Shown here: positions 10,790-19,056 of the stretch, piece after piece
Position numbering within the stretch: position 1 is the stretch's first letter
Layout of the letters: each line of letters begins with the position of its first letter
DNA from: Gemmatimonadales bacterium
GTDB lineage: Bacteria > Gemmatimonadota > Gemmatimonadetes > Gemmatimonadales > GWC2-71-9
Reading direction: 5' to 3'
Length of the DNA stretch: 64,000 bases
Assembly (NCBI GenBank): GCA_037189525.1
Contig: JBBCJC010000005.1
Span: 1,056,001-1,120,000 of the forward strand
Program-made: the position numbers and the translations under genes
The notes under the pieces: model-generated
What the model was told of the DNA's origin: nothing
Databases searched by the model: none
The model's input: only the letters and a program-made list of their open reading frames with translations

Positions 10790-13552
10790 ATGACGCGTTT
10801 CACGAGATGGTGGCTGGCACTGGCCTCGCTGGCCTTGCTTTCGAATCTGTCTTCCCCGCTGTTTGCCCAGGAACCGACCGGCCGAGTCACCGGACGAGTG
10901 GTCGACGCTGCGCAGGGAGCGCCGATCGCCGGCGCCGTGGTGGAGTTGGTGGGCACCGCGACGCCGCATCGCACATCGACAGCTTTGGACGGACGGTTCA
11001 CCTTCGTCAACGTCCCCGCCGGCGAAGTCGGAGTCCGGGTACGGATGATCGGCTACGGGCCGAAGCTCGTCACCGGTATCCGCATTCCGATCAACGGAGT
11101 CGCGACGCAAGACGTTTCGCTCAACGCCGAGACGGTTCAGCTGGAGGAGCTCAACGTCACGGCCGCGGCGGAACGCGGCTCCGTAGCTGACGCACTCAAC
11201 GAGCAGCGCAACGCCAGCAACATCCTCAATGCCATCACCGCCGAGCAGATCTCCAAAAGCCCGGACGGCGACGCGGGCCAGGCCGTCCAGCGGGTCAGCG
11301 GCGTCACGGTCCAGGACGGCAAGTACGTCATCGTCCGGGGGTTGGGCGAACGGTACACCACGACGGCGCTCAACGGCGCCCGGATCCCGAGCCCCGAGCC
11401 GGAACGAAAGGTCGTCCCGCTCGATCTCTTCCCCGCCGGCCTGCTCGAGGGCATCACGACCTCGAAGACCTTCACGCCGGACCAGCCTGGCGACTTCAGT
11501 GGCGCTTCGGTCAACCTCAAGACCCGGGAGTTTCCCGCCAACCGGGTGGTGACTCTGTCGGTCTCGACCGGAATCAATGCGTCGGCGACCGGGAAAATCC
11601 TCCCGAAAGCACCCTCCGTGGGACGCGAGTGGCTTGGCTTTGCGGGCTCGGCGCGCAGCCTTCCCAGCGGGCTGGCGGATGCCGGCAATCTGTCGGGCAT
11701 ATCGCCCAGCGAGATGAACTCCATGATCGCCTCCTTCCGCAACGCCTGGAGCGCCGATCGCGGCAAGGGTACGCAAAACGGATCGTTCGGGATCTCGGTG
11801 GGAGGCGAAGATCCGATCTTCGGACAGCGGATCGGGTACCTGGCCTCGTTCACCTATTCCAACGGGCAGGAAATCCGCGCCGACGAGCACAAGAGTTCGG
11901 CCAAGAACAGCGGTACGCCCGGCAGCGCGCTCCCGGTCAACGGCTACGATGGCACGACGGCGCGCAACAGCGTGCTCTGGGGCGGCCTGGCGAATCTCAG
12001 CACGGCGATCGGCTCGACCACGCGGATTTCCTTCAACAACACCTACACCCGCGGCGCCGATAACGAAGCGAGCGTGCTGACCGGCGAGAATGAGGAGTTC
12101 GGACAGGACTTCCAGTTCACCCGGCTCACCTTCGTGGAGCGTACCATCCGCTCCCACCAACTCGCGGGCGAGCACCTGTTTGGCGGACGCCATCTGATCA
12201 ACTGGACCGCGACGTTCTCGGACGTATCGCGGAATGAACCCGACCGCTCGGACATCGGATACCTCGTCGAGCGCCAGGGCAACTCGGTGGTGCCGACCGC
12301 GTGGTTCGGCCAGCCGCGCTTTGCGACCCGCACCTTCAGCGACGTTACCGAAACCGGCAAAGACTTCGGGGCGACCTACAACCTGGCGCTGGGAAGGAAG
12401 AGCAACCCCGTCGTAGTCAAGGTGGGCGGCGCCTACCGAGCCGTCGAACGCGTTGCCAACACCCGCGCCTACGACATCATGAACCTGTCGCTCAACCAGA
12501 GCGACCTGCAGCGCAGCCCCGAAGCCATCTTTGACGGAACCGCGGCGCTGGCCGGGCAGTTGCTGCTCAGCGCCAACGCGAACGGCGGGCGTTACACGGC
12601 CAACGACGAGATCGTCGCCGGCTTCGCAATGGTGGAGGCGCCGATCGGCAAGCACGTCAAAGTGATCGGCGGCAGCCGGGTCGAGCAGTGGGCTCTCGAC
12701 GTCTTCACCCGCACCTCGCTCGGCGTCGAAGTGCCGGCCAGTCCGCGCAGCACGGACATCCTGCCCTCACTCGCCGTCAACATCGCCCTGACCGGCCAGC
12801 AGAACCTCCGGCTCTCGGCGAGTCAGACGCTCTCGCGCCCCGAGTACCGCGAGCTCTCGCCGGTGCCGTACTTCGAACAGGTCGGCCTGATGACCACGTT
12901 CGGCAATCCGGACCTCCGACGCTCCCTGATCCAGAACTACGACATCCGCTGGGAGCTGTTCCCCACCCCGGGAGAGGTCGTGAGCATCGGCGTATTCGCC
13001 AAGCGCTTCGACGGCCCGATCGAAAAGGTCATCGTACCACAGGCGGGGACGGCCGGCCTGAGCTACGTCAATGCGAACGGCGCCGACAACTTCGGCGTGG
13101 AGCTCGAGTTCCGGAAAAATCTCGGCAGCCTGAGCGAGGCCCTGCTGCCGGTCTCCCTCTTTGCCAACTCGACCATCATGCGGAGCCGGATCGAGCCCGG
13201 CAACATCGTGGCCACCAACGCCGATCGGCCGATGGTGGGCCAGTCGGGCTACATCGTCAACGGCGGGCTCAGCTACCTCCATCCGTCGGGCCGATTCAGC
13301 ACGACGGCGCTCTACAACGTGGCCGGGCGCCGGATCGTGGAAGCGGGCGCTGCCGGGCTGCCTGACACCTACGAGGAGCCGCGCCATGTGTTCGACATCA
13401 CGGCCCAGGCATCGCTCTTCGGCGGCGTGTCGCTCAAGATCGACGCCAAGAACCTGACCGACGCGCCGTACCAGTACAACCAGGCTGAGGTACAGCGGCT
13501 CCGCTACAAGGCCGGACGGGTCTTTTCCCTCGGGCTGACCTGGCGGCCGTGA
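10790..13552 (+). CDS. TonB-dependent receptor with N-terminal carboxypeptidase-regulatory-like domain
   Basis: Signal peptide, GRVTGRVVD domain, plug motif RVSGVTVQDGKYVIVRGLGERY, GNPDL, NLTD, C-terminal GRVFSLGLTWRP. Confidence 0.93.
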   Translation: MTRFTRWWLALASLALLSNLSSPLFAQEPTGRVTGRVVDAAQGAPIAGAVVELVGTATPHRTSTALDGRFTFVNVPAGEVGVRVRMIGYGPKLVTGIRIPINGVATQDVSLNAETVQLEELNVTAAAERGSVADALNEQRNASNILNAITAEQISKSPDGDAGQAVQRVSGVTVQDGKYVIVRGLGERYTTTALNGARIPSPEPERKVVPLDLFPAGLLEGITTSKTFTPDQPGDFSGASVNLKTREFPANRVVTLSVSTGINASATGKILPKAPSVGREWLGFAGSARSLPSGLADAGNLSGISPSEMNSMIASFRNAWSADRGKGTQNGSFGISVGGEDPIFGQRIGYLASFTYSNGQEIRADEHKSSAKNSGTPGSALPVNGYDGTTARNSVLWGGLANLSTAIGSTTRISFNNTYTRGADNEASVLTGENEEFGQDFQFTRLTFVERTIRSHQLAGEHLFGGRHLINWTATFSDVSRNEPDRSDIGYLVERQGNSVVPTAWFGQPRFATRTFSDVTETGKDFGATYNLALGRKSNPVVVKVGGAYRAVERVANTRAYDIMNLSLNQSDLQRSPEAIFDGTAALAGQLLLSANANGGRYTANDEIVAGFAMVEAPIGKHVKVIGGSRVEQWALDVFTRTSLGVEVPASPRSTDILPSLAVNIALTGQQNLRLSASQTLSRPEYRELSPVPYFEQVGLMTTFGNPDLRRSLIQNYDIRWELFPTPGEVVSIGVFAKRFDGPIEKVIVPQAGTAGLSYVNANGADNFGVELEFRKNLGSLSEALLPVSLFANSTIMRSRIEPGNIVATNADRPMVGQSGYIVNGGLSYLHPSGRFSTTALYNVAGRRIVEAGAAGLPDTYEEPRHVFDITAQASLFGGVSLKIDAKNLTDAPYQYNQAEVQRLRYKAGRVFSLGLTWRP

Positions 13553-13617
13553 GCGAAATGTGACGTAGGCGTGATCGGTTCGAGGCCAAGACATGCGTGA
13601 TTTCAGCGTCGCTGAAA
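13548..13617 (+). promoter_or_regulatory. Third 11-bp-phased GTGA array plus 17-bp palindrome upstream of the lipoprotein gene
   Basis: GTGA at 13549, 13560 and 13571; TTTCAGCG-T-CGCTGAAA at 13601-13617. Confidence 0.45.
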
Positions 13618-13645
13618 CCTCCATTACACACGAAGGACATTGACC

Positions 13646-15388
13646 ATGTTGATTCGCAGGACATCGAGGACTTCGATCGTTGCCGGACTGGCGCTTCCGC
13701 TGCTCCTCCTCGCCGGCTGCGGTGACAACGGCACTGAACCGCCGCCTCCGCCTCCGCCGCCACCCGCGGCTCCGCCGGTTCCCGCGAACCTGGCGGCTAC
13801 GCAGCTGACGCTGACCTCGGTGCGGGTAAGCTGGGGCGCGTCCACCGGCGCCACCAGCTACGTCCTCGAGCGGGCCTCGGCGACCAGCCCGGGTGTCTTC
13901 ACCGCCGTTGGCGGAAGCATCAGCGGCACCTCGTTCGACGACACCGGGTTGACCCAGGGCGTTGCCTATAGCTATCGGGTGGCGGCCAGGACCGGTGATC
14001 TGACCAGCGCGTTCGCGACGCCGGTGTCGATCACCACCGGCCTCGCGGAGGCGGTCATCCAAGCCAACATCACGGCGAACCGGACGCTCTACAAAGACAC
14101 GGTGTACACCCTCAAGGGTTACATCAAGGTCACCAACAACGCGACCCTGACGATCCAGCCGGGCACCAAGATCATTGGCGACCTGGCCACGCCGGGCTCA
14201 TCACTCTGGATCCTGCGCGGATCGAAGATCGACGCCCAGGGCACGGCCCAAGAGCCGATCGTCTTCACGTCCGGCGCAGCTCCCGGTCAGCGCCGTCCCG
14301 GCGACTGGGGCGGGATCGTGATCATCGGCAACGGCATCATCAACCGCGCCTCGCCGGTCGAGACCGAGGGCGCCGCGGCCGGCGTTCAGGAGAACTACGC
14401 CGGCGGCACCAACAATGCCGACAACAGCGGCATCCTGCGCTACGTGCGGATCGAGTTCGCCGGCTACGACGTCTCGAACGGCGGCGGCCAGGAGCTCAAC
14501 AGCCTTTCGATGTACGCCGTCGGAAGCGGCACCCGGATCGAGTACGTCCAGACCGTCTCCGGCCTCGATGACTCGTTCGAGTGGTGGGGCGGCGCGGTCG
14601 ATGCCCGCTACCTGGTCTCCTACGAGTCGGGCGACGATCACTTCGACTGGACCGAAGGCTTCTCCGGCCGAGTGCAGTTCCTGATCGGCCTGCAGACCCA
14701 GCGCCAGGTGCCGCGACCGGGTACCGGTACGTTCTCGAGCGACCCGCGCGGCTTCGAGGCCGACGGCTGTGAACCTACCTCCTCGTCCGACTGCGTTCTC
14801 ACGCCAACCGCCACCAGCGCGCCCTACTCGCGGCCCGTGATCGCCAATTTCACCCTGGTGGGCCCGGGTCAGCTCGGCGGGTTCCCAACCGACGGCAACG
14901 GTATCGTACTGCGCCGCGGAACGGGCGGTCACCTCACCAACGGGATCGTGGCGCGGTGGCCCGGCATCGGCCTGCAGATGCGTGATGCCTTCACCGATTC
15001 GCTCCGCCTCCGCGATTCGCTCTCGGTCACCAACCTCATTCTGGCCGAGAACGGCCCGCTCGCGGCGCCGACCAACTATGACTCCGATGCGTCGACCGAC
15101 CGGTATGCGCAGGCGGCGAAGTTCACTACCTCGAACCATCGGGTCGGCACCCAGGCAGCCGCGCTGTTCACCAGCCTGAACCCGGCAGGTCTCGACTGGA
15201 CGCCGGTCGCGACGACCGGTCAGCCCGATCCGACCACGGGCGGCAGCCAGGTGATCCCGGCAACGTTGCAAGCCCGGGTAGCCGGCTATCCGTATTCCGG
15301 CGGCTGGTCGACCACCGACTATGTCGGCGCCGCTTCGCCCACTGGTCCGAAGTGGTGGGCCGGCTGGACCGTCTACCTCGCCAACTAA
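13646..15388 (+). CDS. Lipoprotein with poly-Pro linker, fibronectin type III domain and parallel beta-helix domain
   Basis: Lipobox LAGC; PPPPPPPP; Fn3 (VSWGASTGATSYVLER...YSYRVAA); beta-helix motifs LTIQPGT, PIVFTS, DWGGIVI, SGILRYVRIEFAG, DDSFEWWGG, GDDHFDW. Confidence 0.85.
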   Translation: MLIRRTSRTSIVAGLALPLLLLAGCGDNGTEPPPPPPPPPAAPPVPANLAATQLTLTSVRVSWGASTGATSYVLERASATSPGVFTAVGGSISGTSFDDTGLTQGVAYSYRVAARTGDLTSAFATPVSITTGLAEAVIQANITANRTLYKDTVYTLKGYIKVTNNATLTIQPGTKIIGDLATPGSSLWILRGSKIDAQGTAQEPIVFTSGAAPGQRRPGDWGGIVIIGNGIINRASPVETEGAAAGVQENYAGGTNNADNSGILRYVRIEFAGYDVSNGGGQELNSLSMYAVGSGTRIEYVQTVSGLDDSFEWWGGAVDARYLVSYESGDDHFDWTEGFSGRVQFLIGLQTQRQVPRPGTGTFSSDPRGFEADGCEPTSSSDCVLTPTATSAPYSRPVIANFTLVGPGQLGGFPTDGNGIVLRRGTGGHLTNGIVARWPGIGLQMRDAFTDSLRLRDSLSVTNLILAENGPLAAPTNYDSDASTDRYAQAAKFTTSNHRVGTQAAALFTSLNPAGLDWTPVATTGQPDPTTGGSQVIPATLQARVAGYPYSGGWSTTDYVGAASPTGPKWWAGWTVYLAN

Positions 15389-15396
15389 ATGCTTCG

Positions 15397-15438
15397 GCGT
15401 CCCGACTCGCTCTCCGCGGGTCGGGACGCACTTTCTTC
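15397..15438 (+). terminator. 14-bp stem-loop with T-rich tail
   Basis: GCGTCCCGACTCGC-tctcc-GCGGGTCGGGACGC followed by ACTTTCTT. Confidence 0.6.
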
Positions 15439-15439
15439 G

Positions 15440-16060
15440 ATGCGTATCTACCATACTATTCGCTGGCTCGCTCTTAGCCTGTCGTTCTCCCTCGCCTTTA
15501 CGAGTTGCCAGGACGGCGATGTCTCTCCTCCGGAGGACGTCTCGATGGCCACTCGGGTGACTGTCGATAGCACCTTGACACGAGAGGAAGCACTCCGCCG
15601 TTTCCGGGTCGGGCTCGATTCGATCGGTGACCTCGCGAACGGATCAACCGATCAGACCGACTTGGTCAAGCGTTTCGTCGCTGCAATCGGCGCGCGCGAT
15701 ACGGCAGCGCTCGGTGAGCTCGCCCTCACCAAACAAGAGTTCGCCTGGATCTACTATCCTACGACCCCGCAAGGTCTCCCGCCCTACGACCTGGCCCCGA
15801 GCCTGTTATGGTTCCTGGTGGAAGGGCGCGGCTCGCAAGGTCTCGCCCGTGCGCTGCGTACCTTGGGTGGACAGCCCATCATTTATAGCAGCCACAGTTG
15901 CGATACGGAGCCTTCGATCGAAGGCAACAATCGAATCTGGGGACCCTGCCAGGTGACCATACGCACCAATGGAACGACGTCCACCTTACCGCTCATCGGC
16001 CAAATCATCGAGAGAAATGGTCGATTCAAGTTCCTGAACTACACCAACAAACTCGACTGA
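15440..16060 (+). CDS. Hypothetical lipoprotein
   Basis: MRIYHTIRWLALSLSFSLAFTSC lipobox-like signal. ATG 15440 is in frame with the 15389 ORF. Confidence 0.7.
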   Translation: MRIYHTIRWLALSLSFSLAFTSCQDGDVSPPEDVSMATRVTVDSTLTREEALRRFRVGLDSIGDLANGSTDQTDLVKRFVAAIGARDTAALGELALTKQEFAWIYYPTTPQGLPPYDLAPSLLWFLVEGRGSQGLARALRTLGGQPIIYSSHSCDTEPSIEGNNRIWGPCQVTIRTNGTTSTLPLIGQIIERNGRFKFLNYTNKLD

Positions 16061-16386
16061 GGCCGGATCATCTGTCCCCGACGACTGATTCGGCCCCCGA
16101 AAGCCCCGCATCCCTGTCACCTGCCTATCGGCAAGCGAAACCTGCAGATTACCTGCGAAAGCTGCTGGATCAGGCGCGATAAATTAGTTTTCACGCCGCT
16201 GTGCAGTGGAAACGTGCACTATACCCCCTGCTGACTCGTCTCCCTCCATTGCCACGTGACGCACGATTCGATCCCGACGGCCGCTCATGCTCCACTCATC
16301 TGGCAACCTCGGACCGATCGATGTCAGGTCGCGCCCGTCGGTGGCGTGTCGGAGGCGGACATTACACCTAACGTGGGAGTCGCAAC

Positions 16387-18528
16387 GTGAGTCTCAGACG
16401 TTCAGCTGCACCAGCCCTCGATACCTGGCGAGGCGGCGTAGCATGTGAGCTCACGGCGCTTCTCGGCACCAGAAGGCGACAGATCGCGGTCGAGTGGGGT
16501 GAGGAATCCCTCAGCTACGCCGCGCTGGAAACGCATGCCGCCATCATCGGCGGACGGCTCAAACAGGCCGGGCTCGGCCCCGGCAGCGTGGTCGGCCTGT
16601 ACCTCGATCGCACCGACGAGATCGTTCCGGCCATCCTGGGGATCCTACGCATCGGCGCCGCCTGGCTGCCGCTGGACCCGGCGTATCCGCTCGACCGCAC
16701 CCTCTGGATCCTCGGGGACGCCGGCGCAGCCGCGACGCTCACGACGCGTAAGCTGGCCCGCCAGCTTTCCGAAGCCGGCGTTCCTGCCGTCCTCATCGAC
16801 GATCCGGTCGTACCGCCGCCGGCCCAGCTGGAAACCGTACCCCCTGACGCCCTGGCATATCTGATCTACACCTCAGGGTCGACTGGCCACCCGAAGGGGG
16901 TGGCAATCACGCACGGCAACCTGTGCCACTACGCCAGAGCCATCGGCGAGCGGGTCGGCCTGGGCCCCCGCGATCGATACCTTCATACCGCGTCGTTTGC
17001 CTTTTCCTCCTCGGTTCGCCAGGTCTTCGCCCCGCTCTTTGCCGGCGCGCGTATCCTGCTCGCCGGCCGCGAAGACATTGCCAACCCGCGGACGCTCCTG
17101 GAACTGGCCCGCGAGCGGCGAGCGACGGTCGTCGACCTGGTGCCATCGTATTGGGCACAGATCGTTGCGGCCGGTGTCAATGACCGCTCCCTTTTGCGCG
17201 GGTCCAGCCTCCGACTGGCGCTGTCCGCCAGTGAGCCCCTGCCGAACCGGCTGGTTGCAGACTGGTACGCCCTGACCGGCAAGCGTGCCCGATTCATCAA
17301 CATGTTCGGGCAGACCGAAACGACCGGCATCATCAGCACGGCCGCGCTGACCCCCGAATCCGTGCTGGAAGATGGCATCGCCCCGATCGGCGAAGCCCTC
17401 GCGGGCAATACCCTGTATCTCCTCGACGAGCATGACCGCGTCATCGAGGATGATCGTGTCGGAGAGCTGTGCATCAGCGGAGCCGGCATCGGCGCGGGGT
17501 ACTGGCACCAGCCCGAGCTGACCGAAGCGCGATTCACCGACCATGCCGATCTGGGCCGGATCTACCGCACCGGCGACCTCGGCCGCCGCCGTCCCGATGG
17601 GCAGTTCACCTTCCGAGGGCGGGGAGACGGCCAAGTCAAAATCCGGGGCCATCGGGTCGAGGTCGAAGAGATCGAGGCCGCGCTGCATACCCATCCCGAC
17701 GTGGCGGCGGCCGCGGTCTACGGCATCGACCGCGGCGATGAAGTCGTGCTCACCGCGGCCGTCGTCGGCCGGGCAGGACGACGCCCGTTGGTTCGCGAGC
17801 TGCGGCGGTACCTTCAGCGGATCACACCGGATTACATGGTCCCGACGACCATCCATCTGGTTGCCCAGCTGCCGCGCACGACAAACGGCAAGTTGGATCG
17901 CACGGCCCTCGCCGACCTGACCTCGGACGGATTCGACCCGGAGCCGGAACCCGATACGGCAATGCACGACCGGCCCGAGATCCCGTTGCCGGACCTCGAG
18001 GTCGTCGAACACGCGCTCGCCAAGCACGATGCGGTGCGTCACGTCTGCCTGGCTGCGCAGAATGCCCCGACCGGGCAGACCCGGCTGACCGCCTATGTCG
18101 TCTTCGAACCGGGCAAGACGGCCACCGGATCAGATCTGCGTCGCTTCCTCAAGCAGCTCGTTCCCGATGCGCCTGCTCCGCAGCACGTCGTCGAGCTCGA
18201 TGCCCTGCCGGTGGCTCCGAACGGCGCCATCGACCGCGACGCGCTGCCCGACCCCTTCTCCGATGCCGAGAGCAGTATCGCACCCCGCACTCCGACCGAA
18301 CAGCTCATTGCGGAGATCTGGGCTCAACGGCTGGGCATCGACCAGATTGGCATCCACGACAACTTCATCGACGTGGGCGGCCACTCGCTGGCTGCGATGC
18401 AGGCCATCGCGATCATCGAACGCCGGATCGGCGTCCGCCTGCAGCCGCGCGACATGGTCTACCATACGCTGGAGCAGATCGCCGCCAAGTGCGATGCGCG
18501 GGTTCGCCGTATCAAGCAGCCGACCTGA
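16387..18528 (+). CDS. Stand-alone NRPS-like protein: adenylation domain, second degenerate A-subdomain, PCP
   Basis: A3 LAYLIYTSGSTGHPKG, A7 YRTGDL, A8 GRGDGQVKIRGHRVE, A10 NGKLDR; second Asub ending NGAIDR; PCP DNFIDVGGHSL; GGGAG RBS. Confidence 0.9.
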   Translation: MSLRRSAAPALDTWRGGVACELTALLGTRRRQIAVEWGEESLSYAALETHAAIIGGRLKQAGLGPGSVVGLYLDRTDEIVPAILGILRIGAAWLPLDPAYPLDRTLWILGDAGAAATLTTRKLARQLSEAGVPAVLIDDPVVPPPAQLETVPPDALAYLIYTSGSTGHPKGVAITHGNLCHYARAIGERVGLGPRDRYLHTASFAFSSSVRQVFAPLFAGARILLAGREDIANPRTLLELARERRATVVDLVPSYWAQIVAAGVNDRSLLRGSSLRLALSASEPLPNRLVADWYALTGKRARFINMFGQTETTGIISTAALTPESVLEDGIAPIGEALAGNTLYLLDEHDRVIEDDRVGELCISGAGIGAGYWHQPELTEARFTDHADLGRIYRTGDLGRRRPDGQFTFRGRGDGQVKIRGHRVEVEEIEAALHTHPDVAAAAVYGIDRGDEVVLTAAVVGRAGRRPLVRELRRYLQRITPDYMVPTTIHLVAQLPRTTNGKLDRTALADLTSDGFDPEPEPDTAMHDRPEIPLPDLEVVEHALAKHDAVRHVCLAAQNAPTGQTRLTAYVVFEPGKTATGSDLRRFLKQLVPDAPAPQHVVELDALPVAPNGAIDRDALPDPFSDAESSIAPRTPTEQLIAEIWAQRLGIDQIGIHDNFIDVGGHSLAAMQAIAIIERRIGVRLQPRDMVYHTLEQIAAKCDARVRRIKQPT

Positions 18529-18561
18529 CGCCATATTGCGAGCGCCGGCGCGCGCTTGGGT

Positions 18562-19056
18562 TTATCTGGAGGAATCGGAAGGAAGATCGAGCGGAAGGCG
18601 CAGCACATCCTCGAGCGGACCAGCCGATCCATCCCGCAGCAGCACCCGAACATCCGCCAGAGCACGACGCTCCCGGGGCCACGCCACCCGCTCGATGGCC
18701 TGATCGATCGGCAACCAGCAGCAGAGGTCGTGCTCGTGGGAAAGGACCGGCGACGCGCCGGGATCCACCACGACGGCAAACGCCGGAATCAAAGCCACTT
18801 CATCCGTCAGATGCAGATAGAACGATTCGACCCGGCTCAGATTGTAATAGCGCAGGGGTGTAAGGGAGGTCTCTTCCTGCAGTTCGCGAAGGGCTGCTGC
18901 GACCGGCGTCTCACCTGCTTCGATCCGGCCATGCACCGCTTCCCACGCACCGGTGCAGCGAACGCCCGCCGCTCGGCGGAGGACCAGCGCTTCCAGCCCG
19001 TCCGTGCCGATCCGGACCGGATAGATATCGACGAATTTGACCGCCGCGCCCGTCAA
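18562..19056 (-). CDS. NUDIX hydrolase (NudB-like)
   Basis: Nudix box GRIEAGETPVAAALRELQEETSL and LSHEHD. Overlaps the upstream stop (ATGA). Confidence 0.88.
   Translation of the reverse strand: MTGAAVKFVDIYPVRIGTDGLEALVLRRAAGVRCTGAWEAVHGRIEAGETPVAAALRELQEETSLTPLRYYNLSRVESFYLHLTDEVALIPAFAVVVDPGASPVLSHEHDLCCWLPIDQAIERVAWPRERRALADVRVLLRDGSAGPLEDVLRLPLDLPSDSSR

Noticed and set aside
10544..12655. Long antisense ORFs (also 7622-9094, 19713-21350, 27792-29537, 32096-33955, 57581-59755, 59632-61254)
   Set aside because: They shadow well-supported genes on the opposite strand and are expected from high-GC codon bias; no recognisable motifs.
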